Below are positions 55,779-64,000 of a DNA stretch of 64,000 nucleotides, piece after piece. The DNA is taken from contig CAWIIV010000007.1 of assembly GCA_963836205.1 (NCBI GenBank), positions 128,001-192,000 of the forward strand. Reading direction: 5' to 3'. The position numbers and the translations under genes are program-made. The stretch is from an uncultured Acidimicrobiia bacterium (GTDB lineage: Bacteria > Actinomycetota > Acidimicrobiia > Acidimicrobiales > AC-14). A model generated the notes under the pieces. The model made no database searches. It worked only from the letters and a program-made list of their open reading frames with translations, and was not told the DNA's origin. Within the stretch, counting starts at the first letter, position 1. Each line of letters starts with the position of its first letter.

Positions 55779-56651
55779 TCAGCGCAGGGTGAACCGCCGG
55801 GAGATGATTCGGGCGACGATGGTGAGCACCAGGACGAGGACGATGAGGGTCAGCGCTGCGCCCCACGCCCGGTTCTGGGCGCCGATGAACGGCTGCTGGG
55901 CGTTGGCGAAGATCTGGGTCGACAGCGCCGCGTTGGAGCCCTCGAAGAGGTTGGCGTTCACGCTGCGGGCGGCGCCGATGGTGAAGAGCAGGGGCGCCGT
56001 CTCGCCCGCGGCCCGGGCCACGGCCAGCAGGCTGCCGCTGGTGATGCCGGGGAGAGCGGCCGGCAGCACCACCGTCATGATCATCCGCGACTTGCTCGCC
56101 CCCAGGGCGGCGCTGCCCTCCCGCAGGGAGTTGGGGACCAGCCGCAGCATCGACTCCGTGGACCGGATGACGATCGGGAGCATGAGCGCGCCCAGGGCGA
56201 GGGCGCCGGCGAAGGCGGACTGGCCGAAGCGCAGGACCCAGAGGGTGTAGATGAACAGGCCCATCACGATCGACGGCACCCCGGCCATCACGTCGGACAG
56301 GAACCGGATGGCGCCGGCCAGCTTCGAGCCCTGGCCGTACTCGGTGATGTAGACAGCCGCCAGGATGCCCAACGGCACGGCCATGAGGGTGGCGGCGAGG
56401 GTGATGAGCAGGGTGCCGGCGATGGCGGGCCCCATGCCCGGCCCCGGGAGCCGGGAGACGATGGGGATGTCCTTGGTGAGGAAGTCGAGGTCGACGACGC
56501 CGGCGCCCTTCTTCGCCACGTACAGGAGGGCGAACCCGAGCGGGATGGCAGCGGCCAGCACCGACCCGTACACGAAGGCGGTGGCGATGTTGTTCCGCAC
56601 CCGGCGGGAGCGCTGGACGTTGGTGGACGTGAGGTCGATCGGAGCGGTCAT
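55779..56651 (-). CDS. pstA: Phosphate ABC transporter permease
   Basis: GVPSIV, VP..LREG, ARAAGETAPL. Confidence 0.95.
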   Translation of the reverse strand: MTAPIDLTSTNVQRSRRVRNNIATAFVYGSVLAAAIPLGFALLYVAKKGAGVVDLDFLTKDIPIVSRLPGPGMGPAIAGTLLITLAATLMAVPLGILAAVYITEYGQGSKLAGAIRFLSDVMAGVPSIVMGLFIYTLWVLRFGQSAFAGALALGALMLPIVIRSTESMLRLVPNSLREGSAALGASKSRMIMTVVLPAALPGITSGSLLAVARAAGETAPLLFTIGAARSVNANLFEGSNAALSTQIFANAQQPFIGAQNRAWGAALTLIVLVLVLTIVARIISRRFTLR

Positions 56652-57649
56652 CGCCGGCCCCTGATCGGCGCCGCGCTCACCGTCTTGCCGGCGATGGCCC
56701 GAGCCACGATGTTGACCACGATGGTCATGGCGAACAGGACCACCCCCATGGCGACGAGGGCCGAGCGGTGGAGGCCGCCCGACTCGCCGAACTGGTTGGC
56801 GATGACCGCGGCCATGGCGTCGCCCCCGCTGAAGAGGTGGAGCGTGAGGCGGGCGCTGGAGCCGATGACAAGGGCGGCGGCGATGGTCTCGCCCATGGCC
56901 CGGCCCAGCCCGAGCATCACCGCCCCGATCATGCCGCTGCGGCTGTGGGGGAAGATCGCCCCCCGCACCATCTCCCAGCGGGTGGCGCCCAGGGCCCACG
57001 CCGCCTCCTTCTGGCCCGCGGGGACGGTGTCGAAGACCTCCCGGGTGAGCGAGGTGACGATCGGGGTGATCATGAGGGCCAGGATGAGCCCGGCGGTGAA
57101 GAAGCTGCGGCCGTTGACGGGCTTGCCGAACAGGACGTTGAGCACGGGGACGGGGTCGACCTTGTCCGCGACCCAGTCGTAGACCTTGACGATCCACGGG
57201 GCCAGCACGATCAGCCCCCACAGTCCGAAGACCACCGACGGCACCGCGGCCAGCATGTCGATCACGTAGATCGTGATCCGGCGCAACCGGCGAGGCGCGA
57301 ACTCGGACAGGAAGAGGGCGATCCCGAAGCTGATCGGCACCGCGAAGGCGAGGGCGATGGCCGAGACGATCATGGTGCCGGAGATGAAGGCGAGGGCCCC
57401 GAAGACGTCGACGTTGGGTGCCCACCGGGACCCGGTGATGTAGCCGATCCCCTCGTCGCTGAGCGCCGGCCCCGCCTTCTGGGTGGTCGAGACGGCGATG
57501 AGCAGCAGGATGGCCAGCACCGACAGGCCACTGGCCAGGGCGGCCAGCTTGAACGCCCGGTCGGCGAGCCGGCGGCGCTTGCCGTCAAGACCGAAGCCGG
57601 CCGGCGGAGGGCCGGCCGGCTTCAGGTCGAGGGTCGGGGTGGCTGTCAC
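56648..57649 (-). CDS. pstC: Phosphate ABC transporter permease
   Basis: AVPSVVFGLWG, ALGATRWE, GRAMGET. Confidence 0.95.
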   Translation of the reverse strand: MTATPTLDLKPAGPPPAGFGLDGKRRRLADRAFKLAALASGLSVLAILLLIAVSTTQKAGPALSDEGIGYITGSRWAPNVDVFGALAFISGTMIVSAIALAFAVPISFGIALFLSEFAPRRLRRITIYVIDMLAAVPSVVFGLWGLIVLAPWIVKVYDWVADKVDPVPVLNVLFGKPVNGRSFFTAGLILALMITPIVTSLTREVFDTVPAGQKEAAWALGATRWEMVRGAIFPHSRSGMIGAVMLGLGRAMGETIAAALVIGSSARLTLHLFSGGDAMAAVIANQFGESGGLHRSALVAMGVVLFAMTIVVNIVARAIAGKTVSAAPIRGRR

Positions 57650-57652
57650 TCG

Positions 57653-58735
57653 TTACGGGGAGGGGACGACGATGCTGTCGATCTGAGCCAGGGCCTTGTC
57701 CCGCAGGCTGGCGGGCAGCTCGGCGTAGTCGACGGGGTTGGCCAGGTCCTGGCCGTCGGTGAGGATGAACGTGAGGAACCCCTTGATGGCATCGCCCTTG
57801 GCCTTGTCGGGCTGGTTCGTGTACACGAGGATCCAGGTGGGGGCGGTGATGGGGTAGGCGCCGTCGCCGTCGGCGTTGAGGGGGTTGTAGGACAGGTCGG
57901 GGTTGATCGTGGCGTTGGCCAGGGCCGCCGAAGCGGCGTCGAGCGTGGGCGCCACCTTCTTGCCCGCCTTGTTGACGATGGTGGCGAACTTGAGGCCGGT
58001 GGCCCTGGCGTCGGACAGGTCGACGTAGCCGATGGCGCCGGGGGTGTCCTTGACGATGGTGGCGACGCCGGCGTTGCCGTTGCCGGCCTGGGTGTCGGCC
58101 GGCCACTCGACGGTGGAGCCGGCGCCCAGGGTCCAGGTGTTGGGCGCGGCGGCGGCAAGGTACTTGGTGAAGTTCTCGGTGGTGCCCGACCCGTCGGAGC
58201 GGTGGGCCACCACGATGTCGGTGGACGGGAGGCTGGTGCCGGCGTTGAGGGCGGTGATGGCGGGGTCGTCCCACTTGGTGATCTGGCGCTGGAAGATCTT
58301 GGCGATGGTGTCGGCGTCGAGGACGACCACCGACGCGTCGAGGTTGTACGACACCGTGATCGGGGCGGCCACCGTCGGGAAGTAGAGGAACGGACCCTTG
58401 TACTTGGGCTTGTCCTCCTCCTTGACCAGGCCGTCGCTGCCGGCGAAGTCGACCACCCCGTCCTGCAGGTTCTGGCGGCCGGTGCCGGACCCGCCGCCGG
58501 GGTACTCGATGGTGAGGCCGGGCTGCTCGGCCTTGAACGCCTCGATGGCCACCTCGTAGAAGCCCTTGGGGAACGTCGCCCCCGAGCCCTTGAGGACGCC
58601 GGTGAGCTGGCTACTCGACCCCGTCCCGCCGCCGACGGTCGTGTCGTCGTCCGCCGACCCGCAGGCCGCGGCCCCCAGCGCGAGCACGACGGACAAGGCC
58701 GTCATCCTCAGGATCCCAGACTTGGTACGCGGCAT
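57653..58735 (-). CDS. pstS: Phosphate-binding lipoprotein
   Basis: Lipobox AAA-C, GSGATFP, DFAGSD, HRSDGSGTT, AYPI. Confidence 0.96.
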   Translation of the reverse strand: MPRTKSGILRMTALSVVLALGAAACGSADDDTTVGGGTGSSSQLTGVLKGSGATFPKGFYEVAIEAFKAEQPGLTIEYPGGGSGTGRQNLQDGVVDFAGSDGLVKEEDKPKYKGPFLYFPTVAAPITVSYNLDASVVVLDADTIAKIFQRQITKWDDPAITALNAGTSLPSTDIVVAHRSDGSGTTENFTKYLAAAAPNTWTLGAGSTVEWPADTQAGNGNAGVATIVKDTPGAIGYVDLSDARATGLKFATIVNKAGKKVAPTLDAASAALANATINPDLSYNPLNADGDGAYPITAPTWILVYTNQPDKAKGDAIKGFLTFILTDGQDLANPVDYAELPASLRDKALAQIDSIVVPSP

Positions 58736-58785
58736 CAGCGATCTTCCTCCCTCGAGGTCATATGTCGGTCGCGGACACTACGGAA

Positions 58786-58829
58786 CAGGGTTGACCGGAG
58801 GCTGGCCGACAGGTGAACGAGCAATGAAC
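58786..58829 (-). promoter_or_regulatory. PHO box upstream of pstS
   Basis: 11-nt repeats GTTCAttgctc GTTCAcctgtc GGCCAgcctcc GGTCAaccctg, then -10 TAGTGT. Confidence 0.85.
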
Positions 58830-58852
58830 GATCAGGGAAGTCGAAGCCGCCC

Positions 58853-59536
58853 CTATGACAGGACGGAGTCGTGCGCCGGGTGGCCATGGAGATTCCCGGT
58901 GACCATGTAGGCGACCCGCTCGGCCACGTTGACCGCGTGGTCGGCGATGCGCTCGAAGTAGCGGCCGACCAGCGCCACCTGGACGGCCAACTGCACCGCC
59001 GCTTCGTCGCGGGCGGGGAAGCTGAAGATCGTCCGGAAGAGCTCCTTCTGCAGGTCGTCCATCACGTCGTCCATGTCGGCCAGGGCCCGGGCCCGCACCT
59101 GGTCGCGCTCGGCGAAGGCGTCGGTGGCCACCTGGAGCTGGGCCGTGGCCTGCTCCCGCATGCGGTCGATGAGGCCCCGCAGCCGGGGGTCGAGCTGGCG
59201 GGGGTAGAGGCGGCGGGCGGCCTTGGCCACGTTGCCCATGAGGTCGCCGATGCGCTCCAGCTCGTGGACGACCCGGACGATGGTGACGAGGGTGCGCAGG
59301 TCGACGGCCATCGGCTGCTGGCGGGCCAGGAGGAGGTAGACCCGCTCCTCCATGTCGTAGGCCAGGGCGTCCATGAAGGCGTCGTCGGTGATGACCCGCT
59401 CGGCCGAGATGAGGTCGAACTCGAGGAGAGCCCCGGCGCCGGCCTGGATCGCCTCCGAGGCCATCGCCGACAGGCGGACGACGTCGGAGCAGAGCTCGGC
59501 CAGCTCCTCGTGGAAGACCTTGCGGGTCTCGGTCAC
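58853..59536 (-). CDS. phoU: Phosphate signalling protein PhoU
   Basis: QQPMAVDLR, ELERIGD, YFERIADH. Confidence 0.95.
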   Translation of the reverse strand: MTETRKVFHEELAELCSDVVRLSAMASEAIQAGAGALLEFDLISAERVITDDAFMDALAYDMEERVYLLLARQQPMAVDLRTLVTIVRVVHELERIGDLMGNVAKAARRLYPRQLDPRLRGLIDRMREQATAQLQVATDAFAERDQVRARALADMDDVMDDLQKELFRTIFSFPARDEAAVQLAVQVALVGRYFERIADHAVNVAERVAYMVTGNLHGHPAHDSVLS

Positions 59537-60448
59537 TCATCCGAACCGGCCGGTGATGTAGGCCTCGGTGCGTTCGTTGCTGGGCGTGGTGAAGATGCGC
59601 TGGGTGTCGTCGAACTCGATGAGGACCCCGGTGCGGGTGTCGGACTCGGGGTTGACCTCGGCGGTGAAGAAGGCCGTCTTGTCGCTCACCCGGGCCGCCT
59701 GCTGCATGTTGTGGGTGACGATCACGATGGTGAACTCGGTCTTGAGGTCCTGCATCAGGTCCTCGATGCGGGTGGTGGCGATGGGGTCGAGGGCCGAGCA
59801 GGGCTCGTCCATGAGGATGACCTCGGGCCGGGTGGCGATGGTGCGGGCGATGCAGAGCCGTTGCTGCTGGCCGCCCGACATGTCGGTGGCGGGGGACTTG
59901 AGCCGGGACTTGACCTCGTCCCACAGGGCCGCCTTGCGCAGGGCCTGCTCGACGATGTCGTCCATGTTCCCCTTCATGTTCCCGATCCGGGGTCCGTAGG
60001 CCACGTTGTCGTAGATCGACTTGGGGAACGGGTTGGGCTTCTGGAACACCATGCCGATGCGCCGCCGCACCTCCACCGCGTCGACCGTGGGGCCGTAGAG
60101 GTCGAGGCCGTGGTAGCGGATGGTGCCGTCGATACGGGCCCCGTGGATGAGGTCGTTCATCCGGTTGAGGCAGCGCAGGACGGTGGTCTTGCCGCAGCCG
60201 GACGGGCCGATGAAGGCGGTGATCTGGTTGGCCTGGATCTGGAGGTTGACGTCGCGAACGGCCCGGAACTTGCCGTAGTAGACGTCGAGGCTCTGGAGGT
60301 CGAACACGGGCGCAGCCGCCGCCTCCGGCTCGGGTCGGTCTGGGCCCTTGACCTCGTCGGGCTGAGACGGGGCGCGACCCGTATTCGCCTTCGAATCTGG
60401 CGCTTGAACGGCAACCCAGTCCAACCGAACGTCAACGGGCGGGGTCAT
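59537..60448 (-). CDS. pstB: Phosphate ABC transporter ATP-binding protein (start uncertain)
   Basis: [34 protein letters not shown]. Confidence 0.96.
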   Translation of the reverse strand: MTPPVDVRLDWVAVQAPDSKANTGRAPSQPDEVKGPDRPEPEAAAAPVFDLQSLDVYYGKFRAVRDVNLQIQANQITAFIGPSGCGKTTVLRCLNRMNDLIHGARIDGTIRYHGLDLYGPTVDAVEVRRRIGMVFQKPNPFPKSIYDNVAYGPRIGNMKGNMDDIVEQALRKAALWDEVKSRLKSPATDMSGGQQQRLCIARTIATRPEVILMDEPCSALDPIATTRIEDLMQDLKTEFTIVIVTHNMQQAARVSDKTAFFTAEVNPESDTRTGVLIEFDDTQRIFTTPSNERTEAYITGRFG

Positions 60449-61223
60449 CGAGTCATCAACTCTCTTTGCTGGGGGTTGTCGGTCTCAAAGAGGAGCCGGG
60501 AGTAGTCGCACGGGCCGGTTCGAGGGGTCGCGGGCCAACAGCAGCTTTCCCAACGATATCGATTCGTTGACAACTCCGAAGCCGCTGTGCCCGAGGCCCT
60601 TTAAACCGGATGCTACGGCCGAAGAGGTTCCAGTGGGCTCTGCTCGTCACCACATCACTCCATTAGACCGCGGATGGACTGGACTCGTGTGTCGCGCCGG
60701 ACCTTCGAACGTGTGACGTGCGAAATGGAGGGCGGGCAGGGGGTGGCGCCGAGGAGCCGACTGTCGCCTGAACATTGGCACCAGGGTCTCGGGACGGTGA
60801 GCTGTCGCCAGCGAGGAACTCAGAGGACACGATCACACGGCCTTGAATCTGGTGGACCTGGCGGACGGTCGCCGAACGACGCCCCGAGCTTCGCCGAATC
60901 AATTGCCGCCATATTCGGATCGATAGTTATGCATATTCTACGCGTACGCTTCGCAGGTTCAACAACACCGACGACGTTCGCTCGAACCTCCGTCTCCCGC
61001 TCGGTGTGGCCCGGAATCACGTCAAGTCCCCCGCGTTGGGGCGTCATCCCGCAACGTCCGTTCGCACGCCGTATGCCTAGTCGAGAATGGTGCCAGCGTC
61101 AAGTATGATTCTAAAAACAAACCAGAAGGTTGCGAAATAGACCTTGCTGAATGCCGCGTTCAATTTAACCAGACCAGCACAGGGTTCGGGGGCTACCTAG
61201 TCGCAGGAGGGCCCCTCTCTAGA

Positions 61224-61259
61224 CTGACGAGATTTAGGCAGGTAGGTGCCTAAAGTCAG
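61224..61259 (-). terminator. Hairpin after phoU-like pseudogene
   Basis: CTGAC-gaga-TTTAGGCA-ggtagg-TGCCTAAA-GTCAG. Confidence 0.5.
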
Positions 61260-61271
61260 GAAACCCGTAAG

Positions 61272-61939
61272 TCAGCCCTGGGCCATTGCTTGGGTGTTTG
61301 CCACTGCATGCTTCATCATATGAACGACCTGTTCACCTATTTTGAGTGTATGATCAGAAATGCCCTCGACGTAGTGGCCAGCCTGAGTAATTCGAATGGC
61401 CGTGCTTCCGGGAATCTGCCCTTCATCGCGGGCGTGCTGTGCGCGGTGGAGCAGATCAGCAGGTCGTCCATTTTCGTGTTGGTCTCGATGAGTTCCGCAG
61501 CTGCCGCAGGTCCCGTTGGTGAAAAGCCCGTGCCGCTAGGCGTACCTGGGCACTGGCCTGGTCCCGCATCGTCTCGATGAGTCGGCGCAGTTCGATTGGC
61601 AGGCTCATGGGTGCCGATCGCCCTGAAGCTCGCGCCATCGCGGCTTAAGGTACCGATCTGCTCGAGTTCATGTGCAGCTCGCAAAGCCGTCGTCAGCATT
61701 CGAAGATCACATGCAACTGGCTGTTGCCGTGCGACCATAAGACAAATTCGGTCATCCATATCGTGAGCAAGACCAGCCAGCAACCTTGGGTCTATCACGA
61801 CCTTGTCAGAGCTTGTCCCGTTGTTGAGTAGAAGGGCGGTCCCAGCTCGAATTGCATCAGTAGCCATTCCGGCAAGCCTCATTACATCGCTATCGAGCTG
61901 GTTCAGTTCCTTGTGATAGGCTTTGCGCGTATCATTCAT
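61272..61939 (-). pseudogene. Divergent phoU paralogue with about 3 frameshifts
   Basis: MNDTRKAYHKEL..QQPVACDLR..HELEQIG / LRRLIETMRDQA / KMDDL / GHYVEGISDH..IGEQV; colinear with phoU. Confidence 0.8.
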
Positions 61940-62244
61940 TGATCCGTACTCCGGTCTCAGCCGCACCGTCCAGTGACGGGAGTGCTAGCGCGGGACTTAG
62001 TTGGGAGGATATGGATTACCCGAGTCATCGTCCTCAGAATCGGAGACCCATAGAGATAGCGTCGGACGTCAGCCGGGGTCGAAGAAGCCCGTCCATCGGA
62101 CGATGAACTCGTGTCGTCACAGTTCAGACCGCCAACATCGGCACTGTCCAAGAGAAGCGATCTACTCGGAGCCCGACGTTTGATGTCGACAAGCATGCCC
62201 GAGCACAGGTGCTTGTCGTCATGGAAAGGTCCCCACGATTCGAC

Positions 62245-62297
62245 AGCCTAGGGACCAGGTTGACCGCGAGGGGTACTTCGGTGAACGGCAGATGAAT
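62245..62297 (-). promoter_or_regulatory. PHO box and -10 downstream of ppx
   Basis: ATTCAtctgcc GTTCAccgaag ...GGTCAacctgg-tccc-TAGGCT, same layout as the pstS box. Confidence 0.7.
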
Positions 62298-62328
62298 GAT
62301 GGGGGACGGGCTGCGCCGCCGGCGGCGG

Positions 62329-63879
62329 TCAGCCGGCGCGGCGGGCCGCCTGGGCGACGGCGAACTCGAGGCGCCGGCCGAAGGTCTTCTCGAACAGCTG
62401 GCGCTTGCGGCGCCCGCCCCACAGCTCCATCTGGAGGTCGCCGGAGCCGGTGACGTCGACCCGTACCCGTGACTTGTCGACGTCGACGTCGATCGAGGTG
62501 ACGGTGCCCGTGTGGCTGAGGTCGAGGCCGTCGGCGACGCGGAGGATGCCGGCCAGCCTGGTCACCTGCTCCTGGAGCTCGGGGTTGAGGGTGTTGAAGG
62601 GCTCGTGGGAGGGCTTGGGCTCGCCCCGCCGGTGGTAGCGGGCCAGGCAGGCGAGGGCGTCGACCTCCTCCGGGTCGTAGCCCCGGAGCTTCCCGTGCTG
62701 GATCAGGTAGGCGGTGTGCTTGTGATGCGACTCGTGGGCCACGTGGGTGCCGATGTCGTGCAGCAGTGAGGCGTGTTCGAGCAACTCCCGCTCGTCGGGG
62801 CCGTAGCCGTGGAGCGCGGCGGTGGCGTCGAACAGGTCGAGGGCGAGCCGGGCCACGTGGCGGCTGTGGGCCTCGTCCCAGTTGCAGCGGCGGGCCAGTC
62901 CGAGCACCGACGAGCGGCGGATGGCGTGGGCATCGCTCGTCCACAGGGCGGGGTCGGCCCGGCCGATGACCTCGAGCACGATCCCCTCCCGCAGGGCCCA
63001 CGCGCTCATCGTCAGCTCGGCGATGCCGAACAGCTCCATGGCCACCGCCGCCACCATCGAACCGGCTGGCATCTGGTCGGACCGGCGGGCGTCGAGGCCG
63101 ACCATCTTGGTCCGCTGGGCGAGGGTGGCGGCCATGATGTCGGCGTGGACGGCGTCGACGTCCTCCCGGCTGACGGTGACGTGGTTCAACGACGCCGGCA
63201 CCACGCCCGTGCGGCGGGCCGCGGCCATGCGGGCCAGGTCGGACAGGGTGCCGCTGGTGGCGATGGTCATCGTGGGCCGGAGGGAGGCCATCTCCTCCGC
63301 CACCGGGGCCAGGGCGGCGGTGATGCGCTCCCGCAGGCGGCGGGCGTCGTCGGCTGACGGGGGGTCGTCGCGCACCAGCTCGGTGGTGAGGCGGCCGACG
63401 CCCAGGGGGAGGGTGGCCGCTCGTAGCAGGCCCTGGGGGCCGCCCACCATCACTTCCAGGCTGCCGCCGCCCAGGTCGAGGCACAGGGCCGGCCCGGGGT
63501 CGATGACCACGCTGGCCCGCACCGCCTGGAAGATCAGGCGGGCCTCCTCGATCCCGCTCAGGAGGGTCACCCGGACGCCGGTGGCGGCGTAGATGGCGTC
63601 GATGACCTCGCCGCCGTTGTCGGCGTCGCGGATGGCGCTGGTGGCGCAGGCCATGATCTCGACCGCCCCCAGCCCGTCGGCCTGGGACTTGAACCGCTGG
63701 ATGGTTGCGATGGCCTTGGCCAGCCCGGCGTCGGTGACCCGGCCCTCCCGGCTGACCATGTCGCCCAGGCGCAGCGTCTCCTTGTCGCGGGCCAGGGGGA
63801 CGAAATGGCCGTCGGCGGAGGCGTCCACCACCAGCAGGTGGAACGAGTTCGATCCGAGGTCGAAGGCGGCGACGCGCAT
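62329..63879 (-). CDS. ppx: Ppx/GppA exopolyphosphatase with HD domain
   Basis: DLGSNS, ATSAIRDA, EEARL, DLGGGS, LREG, LLHDIG. Confidence 0.95.
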   Translation of the reverse strand: MRVAAFDLGSNSFHLLVVDASADGHFVPLARDKETLRLGDMVSREGRVTDAGLAKAIATIQRFKSQADGLGAVEIMACATSAIRDADNGGEVIDAIYAATGVRVTLLSGIEEARLIFQAVRASVVIDPGPALCLDLGGGSLEVMVGGPQGLLRAATLPLGVGRLTTELVRDDPPSADDARRLRERITAALAPVAEEMASLRPTMTIATSGTLSDLARMAAARRTGVVPASLNHVTVSREDVDAVHADIMAATLAQRTKMVGLDARRSDQMPAGSMVAAVAMELFGIAELTMSAWALREGIVLEVIGRADPALWTSDAHAIRRSSVLGLARRCNWDEAHSRHVARLALDLFDATAALHGYGPDERELLEHASLLHDIGTHVAHESHHKHTAYLIQHGKLRGYDPEEVDALACLARYHRRGEPKPSHEPFNTLNPELQEQVTRLAGILRVADGLDLSHTGTVTSIDVDVDKSRVRVDVTGSGDLQMELWGGRRKRQLFEKTFGRRLEFAVAQAARRAG

Positions 63880-63891
63880 GGGTGTCTTTCG

Positions 63892-63946
63892 ATGGTACGA
63901 CCGGAAGGTGGCCTACCCGGGACGAGCCGGCAAACGGCTGGTGAAC
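63892..63946 (-). promoter_or_regulatory. Probable PHO box upstream of ppx
   Basis: GTTCAccagcc GTTTGccggct, GGCCA at +33, then -10 TACCAT. Confidence 0.55.
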
Positions 63947-64000
63947 GGTCAGGTCGGTACGGGCGGTGGGGGCAGGTAGCGGACGGGGGCCAGCTGCCCG

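Larger units (their letters stand above)
60450..62215. other. Low-GC insert between ppx and pstB
   Basis: Abrupt composition change (61081-61140 is 25/60 GC); no host-like ORF. Confidence 0.75.

Noticed and set aside
60456-61108. Short ORFs in the low-GC insert
   Set aside because: No recognisable motifs or host-like codon bias; cannot be supported.
61170-61270. c-di-AMP or c-di-GMP riboswitch in the low-GC insert
   Set aside because: Only a CCCGAACCC fragment matches; other conserved blocks are absent.

Overview
High-GC actinobacterial chromosome segment; gene content and style suggest Acidimicrobiia, which is an inference. It is mostly housekeeping. In order: livKHMGF; hemQ; groEL with a perfect CIRCE; a SAM-I riboswitch-led 'thrC' plus sulfur-carrier operon; gpgS/glxK/otsA/otsB; tRNA-Thr; a Firmicutes-type sigH with rlmB-carD-disA-radA...clpC; a polyprenyl synthase; pfkB-surE; a selenocysteine formate dehydrogenase operon; lysS; coaX-nadC-nadB-panD-panC-folBK-folP-folE-ftsH-hpt-tilS; sigR/rsrA; and pstSCAB-phoU-ppx with PHO boxes. 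Most notable: (1) a TIR-STAND NTPase-TPR (NLR-like) gene lies between lysS and a chimeric scar made of a diverged fdh promoter/5' end fused to a diverged lysS 3' end, which looks like integrase-free cassette accretion at the lysS-fdh slot; (2) a ~50-bp palindromic repeat family occurs as a 63-bp tandem array, as a solo copy, and apparently in frame within the lysS N-terminus; (3) two Uma2 nuclease paralogues and radA share a PafBC/RecA-NDp-type promoter; (4) a low-GC insert with a degenerate second phoU separates a PHO-box promoter from pstB. About ten genes have small frameshifts, so individual indels may be assembly errors.
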